A DNA stretch of 64,000 nt from Planctomycetota bacterium (lineage in GTDB: Bacteria; Planctomycetota; UBA11346), in assembly GCA_038213805.1 (NCBI GenBank), contig JBBQSO010000014.1, positions 1-64,000 on the forward strand, given 5' to 3'. The notes below the pieces were generated by a model, which was given only the letters and a program-made list of their open reading frames with translations, had not been told where the DNA came from and did not search any database. Below are positions 28,905 through 37,568 of the stretch, in pieces; position 1 is the first letter of the stretch; each line of letters starts with the position of its first letter. Position numbers and translations under genes: made by a program.

Positions 28905-30925
28905 CGGGCGGAATCTCCGGAGATGGTGACGGCGCGCGGGGCGGCGGAACTGGAGACGGTCAGCGGGGCGTCGGCGTCCTCGCGCGGCGCGGCAGGCGCG
29001 TGCGCGGCGGTCGGGCGCGCCGCGCCGCGGACGGGACGGGCGGATCGCGCCGGCGCGGCGCTGGCAGCGGCGACCGGTCGTGCAACCGCGGCAGCCGGAG
29101 CGGCCGGCGCACCGGCGACCGTGCTGGTACGGCCGGCCTTGGCGTCCTTCGCCGCGAGCTTCTCCTGCTCCGCCGCGACCAGGTCCGCACGCTTGGGCAC
29201 GTGCAGATATTCGAGCGATGCCTGCAGCGCCTTCTGCACCACCGGTGCGGCGGTCTCGGCGCCGTAGTGGCCGCCGCGGCTGGGGTCGTCGATCACCACC
29301 AGGCACAGCAGTTCGGGCTCGACGTTCGGCTCGGCCGGGGCCCAGCACACGAACGAGCCGACGTGGTTGGCGTGCGAATAGTGGCCGCCGACCAGTTTCT
29401 CGGCGGTGCCGGTCTTGCCCGCGGCGGTGTAGCCGGAGAGCTCGGCTTTGCGCCCGGTGCCCTCGGTCATGGTGTGGGTCATCGCCTCCTGGATCTGCGC
29501 GGCGTCGTCGACACTGAAAGTGCGCCGGGCCGGGGGCAGCACCGGCAGCGGCAGCTCGCGGCCGCGCCCGTGCTCGTCGAGCGAATAGATGCGCCGCACC
29601 AGACGCGGCGGCAGCCACACCCCGTGGTTGGCGGTGGCGGCGTGGGCCATGGCCAGCTGCAGCGGCGTAACCGCGATCTCGTGGCCCATCGGGATCGACA
29701 TGCACGAGCCGAGCACCGACCAGCGCGGGCGCGCCAGCACGATGCCGGCATCCTCGCCGGGCAGACAGATGCCGGTGCGGCGGCCGAAGCAGAAGGTGCC
29801 GACCCAGCGGAACAGGCGCTCGACGCCCAGGCGGATGCCGAGCTTGGCCATCAGGATGTTGTCGGACAAGGCGATGCCCTGGGTGACGGAGAGGTTGCCG
29901 TGGCCGCCGCTGCCGACGCTGTGGTCAGTGATGGTACGCACCGCCTTGCCTTCGCGGTGCGTCCAGCGCCCATGCTCGCAGAAGATGCTCTCGGCCCAGG
30001 TCGTCAGGCCCTCGGCCACGGTCGCGCCGGCGATCAGCGGCTTCATCGTCGAGCCCGGCTCGTAGACGAAGGCGATGACGTTGTCGCGCAAGGCGCGCGG
30101 CTGCAGCTTGGTCATGTCGGTCGGGTCGAAGGACGGATAGCTCGCCATCGCCACGATCTCGCCGGTGGTCGGGCGGACCATGATCGCCGCGGCGTTCGCG
30201 GGCCGGCTCTTCTCGACCTGCTCGAGCAGGGCCTGTTCGAGGATATGCTGCAGGGTGGCGTCGATGGTCAGCTGGACGTGCGCGCCGCCCTGGGCGGGCA
30301 CGCTTTCGGCGTCGGTCAGACTGGGCTTGCCGAGCGCGTCGATGGTCACGGTCTCGTGCCCGGGTACGCCGCCGAGCAGCGCGTTGCAGGTCTGCTCGAG
30401 GCCGGCGCCGCCACTGCCGTCGCTCTGCACGAAGCCGAGCACGTGCGCGGCGAGCGGCCTTTCCGGATAGCGGCGGGTGAACTCGCGGCGCACGTAGACG
30501 CCGGTCAGGTTGAGCTTGCGGATCTGCTCGGCGTGGTCGTCGTCGACGCCCTTGGCGAGCAGCCGACCGTTGCGCGGCGACTCGAACTGTTCGCGCAGAT
30601 GGTCGCGCGGCAGGCCGAGCAGGCGCGCCAGCTCGACGGTCGCGCGCAGGCGGTCGTCCATGTACACCGGGTCGCAGCTGATCGTCCAGGTGCCGTCGCT
30701 GACCGCGAGCGGCGCACCCTGCGCGTCGTAGAAGTTGCCGCGCGCCGCGGGCAGCGTCCAGGTGCGGGTGCGCTGCTTCTCGCCCATCTGCGCGAGGTGC
30801 TCCGCCTGGTCGACCTGCAGGTGGTGCAAGCGCATCGTCACCAGTCCGAACAGCCCCGCGAACACCAGCAGGGCAAGGCCGGTGCGCCAGGGTTGTGCGG
30901 TGACAGGGACGAGCGCTTCGTTCAT
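28901..30925 (-). CDS. ftsI: Class B penicillin-binding protein (FtsI/PBP3)
   Basis: N-terminal TM, RG.FYD, R.YP, G..GLE, YEPGSTMK (SxxK), SDN, GKTGTA. Ala/Pro-rich C-terminal tail. Confidence 0.93.
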   Translation of the reverse strand: MNEALVPVTAQPWRTGLALLVFAGLFGLVTMRLHHLQVDQAEHLAQMGEKQRTRTWTLPAARGNFYDAQGAPLAVSDGTWTISCDPVYMDDRLRATVELARLLGLPRDHLREQFESPRNGRLLAKGVDDDHAEQIRKLNLTGVYVRREFTRRYPERPLAAHVLGFVQSDGSGGAGLEQTCNALLGGVPGHETVTIDALGKPSLTDAESVPAQGGAHVQLTIDATLQHILEQALLEQVEKSRPANAAAIMVRPTTGEIVAMASYPSFDPTDMTKLQPRALRDNVIAFVYEPGSTMKPLIAGATVAEGLTTWAESIFCEHGRWTHREGKAVRTITDHSVGSGGHGNLSVTQGIALSDNILMAKLGIRLGVERLFRWVGTFCFGRRTGICLPGEDAGIVLARPRWSVLGSCMSIPMGHEIAVTPLQLAMAHAATANHGVWLPPRLVRRIYSLDEHGRGRELPLPVLPPARRTFSVDDAAQIQEAMTHTMTEGTGRKAELSGYTAAGKTGTAEKLVGGHYSHANHVGSFVCWAPAEPNVEPELLCLVVIDDPSRGGHYGAETAAPVVQKALQASLEYLHVPKRADLVAAEQEKLAAKDAKAGRTSTVAGAPAAPAAAVARPVAAASAAPARSARPVRGAARPTAAHAPAAPREDADAPLTVSSSAAPRAVTISGDSAR

Positions 30926-30941
30926 CAGGGGGTCGGCGGGG

Positions 30942-31247
30942 TCAGCGGACGGCGAGCGGGGCGGCGGCGCGGTCGCGCGCAGCGGTGGGTTCCGGACCGG
31001 TGAGCGGCAGCTCGATACGGCGCGCGATGTCCTCGAGCGCGGTCGGGCTGGCCGCCTGGTCGAGGACCGCGCGCAGGCGCTCCTGCTTGTAGGCGAGGTC
31101 GGTGCGCGCCTTGAAGTCGGCACCGCGCTGCTTGGCGAGCGCGGCCTGTTCGTTGCCGAGCAGCGCGACCTTGAGGGCGATGGCCAGGGCCAGGCTGATC
31201 CAGGCCACCGCGACCAGGGCGTGCAGGAAGAGGTCGGGACGCTTCAT
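30942..31247 (-). CDS. ftsL: FtsL-like bitopic coiled-coil protein
   Basis: 101 aa, TM followed by a coiled coil, located between rsmH and ftsI and coupled to the rsmH stop. The call is mainly positional. Confidence 0.65.
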   Translation of the reverse strand: MKRPDLFLHALVAVAWISLALAIALKVALLGNEQAALAKQRGADFKARTDLAYKQERLRAVLDQAASPTALEDIARRIELPLTGPEPTAARDRAAAPLAVR

Positions 31248-32143
31248 GGGTGGGCTCCGGCGCGTTCAGCCCAGCGCAGCTTTGCGGGGGCGGAACGCGG
31301 GTTGGCGGACAGTTCGGCTGCACCGGCGGTGATCACGCGGCGCGCAGCGTCGGCATAGGTGCCGGCCTCGCGGCGATCGCGGAAGTCGGTCTTCACGGCG
31401 CGGTCTTCAAGGCTGTGGAAGCTGATCACCACCGCGCGCCCGCCCGGGGCGAGCAGCGCGGGCAGCGCGGCGAGCAGGCGGCCGAGCTGGCCGAGCTCGT
31501 CGTTCACGGCGATGCGCAGGGCCTGGAAGGTGCGGCCCGCGGGATGGCGGTTATGGTGACCGGGCACCACGCGGCGGATCTCCTCCGCGAGCTCGGCGCC
31601 GGTGTGCAGGCGGCCTTCCGTGCGGCCGCGCTTGAGTGCGGCGGCGATGCGCCGGCTGAGGCGCTCTTCGCCGTATTGGTAGATGATGTCGGCGAGCTCG
31701 TCCTGGCCGAGCGCATCGATCAGCTCCAGCGCGCTGCGCGGGCAGCCGTCGCCCATGCGCATATCGGCCTGCGCGGCCGAGCGGATGGAGAAGCCCCGGT
31801 TGTCGTCGTCAAGTTGCATGCTCGAAACCCCGAGATCCGCCAACACGCCGTCGAAACGCTCCCCCTCCCTGACCAGCGCCTCCATGGCGTCGGCGAAGGT
31901 CCCGGCGCGCACGCTGAAGCGCGCCCCGTAGGCCGCGAGCCGCGTCGTCGCCAACGCGCGCGCCTGCGCATCGCGGTCCACTCCGTGGACCGTGGCCCCG
32001 CCTGCAAGCAGGGCCTCGCTGTGGCCACCCAGACCCAGGGTGCAGTCCAGCACCCGCCGGCCCGGCGCGGGGCGGAGGTGTTCGACCACCTCCGCGAGCA
32101 GCACCGGGATGTGACGCGCCGCGGCGTCGGTCGGCTCAGGCAC
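31244..32143 (-). CDS. rsmH: 16S rRNA m4C1402 methyltransferase
   Basis: HIPVLL.EV, DCTLGLGGHS, DLGVSSMQLD...RGFS, YGEER, FQALRIAVNDEL, ISFHSLEDR.VK, NPRS..AKLR. Confidence 0.97.
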   Translation of the reverse strand: MPEPTDAAARHIPVLLAEVVEHLRPAPGRRVLDCTLGLGGHSEALLAGGATVHGVDRDAQARALATTRLAAYGARFSVRAGTFADAMEALVREGERFDGVLADLGVSSMQLDDDNRGFSIRSAAQADMRMGDGCPRSALELIDALGQDELADIIYQYGEERLSRRIAAALKRGRTEGRLHTGAELAEEIRRVVPGHHNRHPAGRTFQALRIAVNDELGQLGRLLAALPALLAPGGRAVVISFHSLEDRAVKTDFRDRREAGTYADAARRVITAGAAELSANPRSAPAKLRWAERAGAHP

Positions 32144-32369
32144 CGACGGCCACGCGCGGCGCCGCCGCGGCCGCGTGGTCGACGGTCCGGCGCAAAAAAG
32201 CGAGGTAGGCACTGTCCTCGGCCACCGCCGGGCCGAGGCGCCGACGCAGGCAGGTAAGGCGCAGGGCGGCGAGTTCGAGGTCGCCCTGCAGGTCGGTGCC
32301 GCTGGCGGTGGAGTGCTCCACCGCGGCGTCGAGGGCGTGCAGCAGGCGACCGAGCGTGACATCGTGCAT
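32136..32369 (-). CDS. Small (77 aa) helical hypothetical protein between mraZ and rsmH
   Basis: ATG preceded by GGAG. GC3-biased codons. Its stop overlaps the rsmH start by 8 nt. Confidence 0.6.
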   Translation of the reverse strand: MHDVTLGRLLHALDAAVEHSTASGTDLQGDLELAALRLTCLRRRLGPAVAEDSAYLAFLRRTVDHAAAAAPRVAVGA

Positions 32370-32425
32370 GGCGGTCTCCATGGTCGTGACGGCGCAGATC
32401 CGGGCGGCGGGGGCGGGGCTCATGC

Positions 32426-32926
32426 CTAGATCATCAGGTAGGAGTTGAGGTCGGCGTTGTAGCTGGGGCCCGCATCGCGGCCCGACCAGGCGAGGTAGTC
32501 GGCGGGATTCCACACCTGGATGGTGGTGTTGGTGCAGACGAAGAAGACGTCGCGCTCAAGGCCGAGGTAGCCGACCAGGTGGGCGGGCAGCACCACGCGG
32601 TGCTGGGCGTCGATCGCCATCGAGGCCATCTCGCCATTGAGCGCGGTGACCAGGTGCAGGCGCTGCTCGGGACTAAGCCGGGCATCGTCAAGGATGCGCT
32701 GCTCGCGGCGCTGGAGCTCCTTCTCGGTGAGCAGCAGAAGGATCGGGTAGACGCGATTTTCTGCATTTTTCCCGGCATTTCCCGCGCCGCCCACGGTCGG
32801 CATCGCGTGCTTCATGCCGCGCAGATGGTCCACGCCGGCCTCCTGCAGGAGGGCACGGGCCTCGCGCGGGATGGTCACCTGATTCTTCGGCGACAGACGT
32901 TGGGTTGGAAGCACGGCCAGCTCCAC
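32426..32926 (-). CDS. mraZ: Divergent MraZ transcriptional regulator
   Basis: First gene of the cluster. Two AbrB-like repeats (LSPKNQVTIP; IDAQHRVVLP..L...LGL..DV.FV......QVWNP). Confidence 0.8.
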   Translation of the reverse strand: MELAVLPTQRLSPKNQVTIPREARALLQEAGVDHLRGMKHAMPTVGGAGNAGKNAENRVYPILLLLTEKELQRREQRILDDARLSPEQRLHLVTALNGEMASMAIDAQHRVVLPAHLVGYLGLERDVFFVCTNTTIQVWNPADYLAWSGRDAGPSYNADLNSYLMI

Positions 32927-32941
32927 TGGACTGGGATACTG

Positions 32942-32996
32942 CTAATAGGCTCTACTCTATGCAACCGGAAACTACTTCCTGCAACTGGCAATTACA
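32942..32996 (-). promoter_or_regulatory. Putative MraZ operator: six pentamer boxes at exact 10-bp spacing
   Basis: Plus-strand CTAAT/CTACT/CAACC/CTACT/CAACT/TTACA at 32942, 32952, 32962, 32972, 32982 and 32992 (minus strand ~RGTWG), immediately upstream of mraZ. Confidence 0.7.
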
Positions 32997-33108
32997 GATG
33001 CCGTGCAGCGTGCAACCCGCATGCAGTGGGTCGGTTAGGACTCACGAAATGGCCACCTGCCATTCCGGGCCCGTTGCGCGCGCGCGTCACCGGCCACGCT
33101 GCGCGCCC

Positions 33109-33501
33109 ATGAGCCGCTATGACGATCTGGGTGGAGACGCGGTTCTGGAACCGCTGCTCGCCGACTTCTACGGGCGCATCGCCGGCAGCGCGATCGCCCC
33201 CCTCTTCCCACCGACCATGGATGAGACCCGCGCCAAGCAGGCCGCCTTCCAGAGCGAGTTCTGGGGCGGCCCTGCGCGCTATTCACCATGGCGCGGCCAC
33301 CCCCGCCTGCGCGCCCGCCACCTGCCCTTTCCGATCGGCCCTGCCGAGGCCCGCGAATGGCTGCGCTGCATGCGCGAAGCCGTCGCGGCGAGCGCCATGC
33401 CGGAGGGACAGCGCGCGATGTTCTTGCTGCAAATGGAGCGCACGGCGGCGGCGATGATCAACCGCGGGGAGGAAGGGGATACGGGAGAGCTGAGACTTTA
33501 G
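33109..33501 (+). CDS. Group II truncated hemoglobin (GlbO/YjbI-like)
   Basis: YDDLGG...L...FY......I.PLFP...Q..F...FWGGP..Y...RGHPRLRARHLPF.I....AREWL.CM. Confidence 0.92.
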   Translation: MSRYDDLGGDAVLEPLLADFYGRIAGSAIAPLFPPTMDETRAKQAAFQSEFWGGPARYSPWRGHPRLRARHLPFPIGPAEAREWLRCMREAVAASAMPEGQRAMFLLQMERTAAAMINRGEEGDTGELRL

Positions 33502-33530
33502 GCTCACGCCCACGTTCCAGCGCATCGCTA

Positions 33531-34469
33531 TCAAGATTCCCCGACGTACTCCCGCGTCGCCGTCTGCAGCAGCCTCAACAGCACCTCCTGGCGGCTCGTC
33601 TCCCACGCCTGAGCCTGGTCCTCGAGACTCAGCCCATCGCCCAGCAGCACCACCTCATCACCAGGCCGGTCACCCACCCCGAGTTCGACGAAGGCGGTCT
33701 GCATGCCGACTTCCAGCACCCATCGCCGCGTGCCCGCGACCTGGCACCAGCCGGTGCGCAGGCCATTGCTGTAGCCCATCGGGATGACCCCATGGCGGGT
33801 GGCGGCGAAGCCGGTGTAGCCCGCAGGGCCGCGGGTGTCACGGCACTCGGCGAGGCGCACCGCGATCCGCACAGCATCACGATAGAGCGCCAGCCCTGGA
33901 CGCACCCCGTCGAGCCAGGCATCGGGCCGGTCGAGCAGGGCGGTGGCGGCGGCGTGCAGGCGCAGCCCGCGACCGCCGACTGCGGCGAGTAGGCGGGTGA
34001 CGTGCTCGGGCCTGGTGGCATGGGTGAAGGCCTCGCTGCACCCGCCGGCGGCAAGCGCGGCCGTGACCTGATCAGCCGGGCAGGCGAAACGCTGCATGCC
34101 GGTATCGACGCACAGCACCGGCCCGGCGGCGCACAAGGTCGCCGCCTGGGTGGCGTCATGGACGGCCGGACGCACCCCGGCCATGCGGTAATCAGCCGCG
34201 GGGAGATCCACCGGTGGACCCATCGCCAGCACCGGCAGAGCAGTCGCCGCATGGATGCCCGCGCTCGCCGCCTCGGCCAGGGTGAAGGTGGCGAACCCGG
34301 CGACGGTACCTGCCAGTGCGGCTACCACGCGCCCCGCCCCGCAGCCGTACGCGTCCGCCTTGACCACGGCGAACACCGGCACCCCGGTGCGGGCGACGAT
34401 GGCGGCAGCGGCGGAACGGATGCGCCCGAGGTCGATGGTGGCCGTGATCGCCGGCGTGCGGAAGGTCAT
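33531..34469 (-). CDS. alr: Alanine racemase (compact form)
   Basis: IDL..IR, AVVKADAYG.GA PLP-lysine motif, VDTGMQR, VRPGLALY, GY, MGYSNG. Confidence 0.85.
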   Translation of the reverse strand: MTFRTPAITATIDLGRIRSAAAAIVARTGVPVFAVVKADAYGCGAGRVVAALAGTVAGFATFTLAEAASAGIHAATALPVLAMGPPVDLPAADYRMAGVRPAVHDATQAATLCAAGPVLCVDTGMQRFACPADQVTAALAAGGCSEAFTHATRPEHVTRLLAAVGGRGLRLHAAATALLDRPDAWLDGVRPGLALYRDAVRIAVRLAECRDTRGPAGYTGFAATRHGVIPMGYSNGLRTGWCQVAGTRRWVLEVGMQTAFVELGVGDRPGDEVVLLGDGLSLEDQAQAWETSRQEVLLRLLQTATREYVGES

Positions 34470-34479
34470 CTCGCCCGGC

Positions 34480-34974
34480 TTACGGATGAGCGGCCAGCTT
34501 CTGCAGCCACTCCCCACTCAACCGGTAGGTGGTCCAGGCGCTCGTCGGAGTCGCCCCAAGCGTCTCGAAGAACTCGATCGCTATCGTATTCCAGAGCAGC
34601 ACGGTGAACTCGACGCGACCGTAGGCGCGCTCAACCGCCGTGCGCGCAATGAAGCGTAGGATGCCAGTAGCGATACCGCGATTACGGTACTCTTCTTTCA
34701 CGAAAATATCTTCCAAGTACAGACCACGACGGGCGTTGAACGTCGAGTAAGTCTGGAAGAACACGGCCATGCCCACGGGCACGCCATCCAGGAAAGCGAG
34801 CACGGGTTCGATGACTTTGTCCGGCCGACCGAGCTCACTTTTCAGCGACTCCATCGTCGAATGGTTGGGGAGGCGCTCAAAAGCCGCGAAGGCTGCGACC
34901 ATGTCATTGAGGACGGCCGCGTCATCGAGAGTGGCCATGCGCACGACCAGTCCGGGGACGTCCTTCTTGACCAC
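34480..34974 (-). CDS. GNAT N-acetyltransferase (SSAT/diamine acetyltransferase-like)
   Basis: FFQTYSTF.ARRGLYLEDIFV..EYR.RGIA, RVEFTVL.WN..AI.FF..LGA. GTG start after AGGAG. Confidence 0.9.
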   Translation of the reverse strand: MVKKDVPGLVVRMATLDDAAVLNDMVAAFAAFERLPNHSTMESLKSELGRPDKVIEPVLAFLDGVPVGMAVFFQTYSTFNARRGLYLEDIFVKEEYRNRGIATGILRFIARTAVERAYGRVEFTVLLWNTIAIEFFETLGATPTSAWTTYRLSGEWLQKLAAHP

Positions 34975-35058
34975 CTGCCGCTCCTGGTAGGCCGGGAGTA
35001 GAGCCACGCATGGGGGGGCGTCAAGCTGCGGAATGCAGCAGTGGACGCTTCGCGCCCG

Positions 35059-35213
35059 GTCCGGCAGTCCGGGGTCCGGAAGTCCGGAAGTCGGCTGCTG
35101 ACGGATCCCGTGCACCCGAGACTTGAGGATGGCCTCCCGACCCAGGCCCAGGGATGACCGGCTCGCACCCTGCCGACAAGACTTCCGGACTTCCGGACCC
35201 CGGACTGCCGGAC
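35059..35213. repeat. Palindromic element: perfect 34-bp inverted repeats built from (A)GTCCGGA(A)-type octamers, with an 87-bp spacer
   Basis: 35059-35092 GTCCGGCAGTCCGGGGTCCGGAAGTCCGGAAGTC is the exact reverse complement of 35180-35213. Confidence 0.92.
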
Positions 35214-35268
35214 TTCCCCAAAACGGCCATTGAGTTCCCCCCCCTCCGCCCTTCAATGCCCGCCCGTT

Positions 35269-36564
35269 ATGGTACAGCGCACCGCCGCCCTCATCAGCCT
35301 TGGCTGCTCGAAGAATCTCGCCGACAGCGAAGATCTGATCACCGCGCTGCGCTCGGTCGACTTCGGCCTGACCAAGGAGCTCGGCGAGGCCGATCTGGTG
35401 CTGATCAACACCTGTGGTTTCATCGAGGGCGCCAAGCAGGAGAGCATCCAGCACATCCTGGATGCCGCGGCCGGGCGCAAGGAGGGTGCCAAGCTCTTCG
35501 TGGCGGGCTGTCTAACCGAACGCTACCTGAGCGAACTCCAGGCCGACATCCCCGAAGTCGACCAGTGGGTGACCTTCAAGGACTACGACCGCTTCCCGGC
35601 GGTGGTGCGCACCCACTTCGGCGACATCCCCGAGCATCGCCTGCGCCACGACCAGCGCAGCCAGCTGACCCCCCCGCACTTCGCCTTCCTGAAGATCGCC
35701 GAGGGCTGCGACAACACCTGCAACTTCTGCGCCATCCCACTGTTCCGCGGCAAGCACCGCTCGCGCCCGCAAGAGGACCTGGTCGCCCAGGCGCGCACCC
35801 TGGCCAAGCGTGGCGTGCGCGAGATCAACCTGATCTCGCAGCACCTCGACTATTACGGCCAGGACCTTTACGGCGAGAAGCGCCTGCCCGGGCTGGTGCG
35901 CGCCCTGGCCGCGGCCGCCCCGGAATCGTGGCTGCGCCTCCACTACTGCTATCCCAACGATTTCACCGACGAGCTGATCGCGGCCATGGCCGAGACGCCC
36001 AACGTGGTGAAATACGTCGACATGCCGATCCAGCACGGCGCCAGCCGCACCCTGGCGGCGATGGGCCGGCGCACCACGCGCGCGCAGATCAGCGAGCGCC
36101 TGGCGCGCATCCGCGCCGCCATGCCCGAGGTGGTGGTGCGCACCTCGTTCATCGTCGGCTTCCCCGGCGAGCGCGACGAGGATTTCGCGGAGCTGCTCGA
36201 CTTCGCCAAGGAACAGTCCTTCGACTCGGTCGGCTGCTTCCAGTACAGCGACGAGGACGGCACCACCGCCGCCAAGATGAAGCACAAGGTCCCAGCCGAC
36301 GTCATCGCTGCCCGCCACCACGCCTTCATGACCCAGCAGAAGAAGCTGCACCGCGCGCGCCTGAAGCGCTGGATCGGCCGCGAACTGACCGTGCTGGTCG
36401 ACGCGCAGCGCGACTTCGGGGTGTTCGCCACCCGCCACTACGGCCAGGCCAGCGAGGTTGACGGCGCCACCATCCTGGCCAGCGAGCTGGCCAGCGTCGG
36501 CAGCTGGGCGAAGGTCAGGATCACCGGCTCCAAGGGGTACGATCTCATCGCCGAGGCGGTGTGA
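35269..36564 (+). CDS. rimO: Ribosomal protein S12 methylthiotransferase
   Basis: ISLGCSKNL.DSE, INTCGFI..AK.ESI, LKIAEGCDNTCNFCAIP..RG (CxxxCxxC), WLRLHYCYP, RTSFIVGFPGE, EVDG, YDL. Confidence 0.95.
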   Translation: MVQRTAALISLGCSKNLADSEDLITALRSVDFGLTKELGEADLVLINTCGFIEGAKQESIQHILDAAAGRKEGAKLFVAGCLTERYLSELQADIPEVDQWVTFKDYDRFPAVVRTHFGDIPEHRLRHDQRSQLTPPHFAFLKIAEGCDNTCNFCAIPLFRGKHRSRPQEDLVAQARTLAKRGVREINLISQHLDYYGQDLYGEKRLPGLVRALAAAAPESWLRLHYCYPNDFTDELIAAMAETPNVVKYVDMPIQHGASRTLAAMGRRTTRAQISERLARIRAAMPEVVVRTSFIVGFPGERDEDFAELLDFAKEQSFDSVGCFQYSDEDGTTAAKMKHKVPADVIAARHHAFMTQQKKLHRARLKRWIGRELTVLVDAQRDFGVFATRHYGQASEVDGATILASELASVGSWAKVRITGSKGYDLIAEAV

Positions 36565-37385
36565 GGGCCAGGCGCCGGTGCCTGCTGCTCGCCACCCTGG
36601 TTCTCGCTGGCTGCGGCTCGGCCCCGGTCCGCACCCAGGCCGACGCCCAGCCGCCAGCGACCGCCGACCAGGCCGCGGCTCTGGCCGCCGACGTCCAGCG
36701 CGTGCACGGCCAGGCCGCGGCGGTGACCGCTGATCTGCTGGTGCGAGTCAAACCGGATGGCGCGGACGCTGAAATCTTCCAGCTGCATCTGTGGTGCGCA
36801 GACGACGGACGCATCCACCTCGAGGCGACGCGCCTGGAAGTGCCGTTCATCCGCGCCCTGGTCCAAGCTGACGGGCACTTCACCGCGGAGCTGGTGCAGA
36901 CTCGGGAGGTGGTCCACGGCACGCTCGCCGATCTCGCTGAGCGCGACGCCCAGGGCAAGCCGCTTGGCCTGCCCTTCCTCACCTACCTGACCCTGCTGGT
37001 CAGCGAGGCCAAGGCCGGTCCCCTGCCGACCGGCACCGCGCCCACCAGCCCGGCCGCTGGCACGCTGCGCTTCACCGACCCGGCCAGCGGACTGGACGCG
37101 CAGCTGACCGTCGACCACGCCAGCCATCAGGCGGTGGGCAAGCGCCTGAGCGATGCCAGCGGTGCGCCGGTGCTGACCCTCGAGTACGGCAAATACCAGG
37201 TTTTCGACCTGCTCAACCGCGCCAGCCGCGTGAAGCTGGTGGTCGCCGGCGACAACGGCGAATACTCCCTGCGCCTGCGCGACCTGCGCGCGGTGCCGGC
37301 GATCAGTGACGAGGGCATGCGCTTCGCGCCGCCAGCGGGTCTGACGGAGATCACACCCGCGGAGTTCCTGCAGCGGTTGCATTAA
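36561..37385 (+). CDS. Lipoprotein, possibly of the LolA/LolB-like fold
   Basis: LVLAGC lipobox. Beta-rich sequence. GTGA overlap with rimO. Confidence 0.75.
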   Translation: MRARRRCLLLATLVLAGCGSAPVRTQADAQPPATADQAAALAADVQRVHGQAAAVTADLLVRVKPDGADAEIFQLHLWCADDGRIHLEATRLEVPFIRALVQADGHFTAELVQTREVVHGTLADLAERDAQGKPLGLPFLTYLTLLVSEAKAGPLPTGTAPTSPAAGTLRFTDPASGLDAQLTVDHASHQAVGKRLSDASGAPVLTLEYGKYQVFDLLNRASRVKLVVAGDNGEYSLRLRDLRAVPAISDEGMRFAPPAGLTEITPAEFLQRLH

Positions 37386-37401
37386 GGGCACGGCAGGCAG
37401 G

Positions 37402-37449
37402 AGTCGCGGGCTGCGGGCTTCAAGCCACGTTTCCTCGCAGCTCGCAGCT
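37402..37449. repeat. Short inverted heptamer pairs (GCGGGCT x2 / CGCAGCT x2), possible terminator hairpin
   Basis: Lies just after the lipoprotein stop. The arms pair with G-U wobbles. Confidence 0.4.
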
Positions 37450-37494
37450 GGTCCCGGGCCCAACTCTCCACACGTGGAAGCCGGGCTTCGGGGC

Positions 37495-37522
37495 TGTAAC
37501 AACAAGCCCCTGGAACCGGTAT
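37495..37522 (+). promoter_or_regulatory. Putative ECF sigma-dependent promoter
   Basis: TGTAAC-N16-CGGTAT upstream of an operon that encodes an ECF sigma factor. AAC at -35 and CG at -10 are typical ECF features. Confidence 0.5.
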
Positions 37523-37568
37523 ATCCACCGATCCCAGCCGGGATCGTCCCTCTTCCGCCGAGGCGCCC

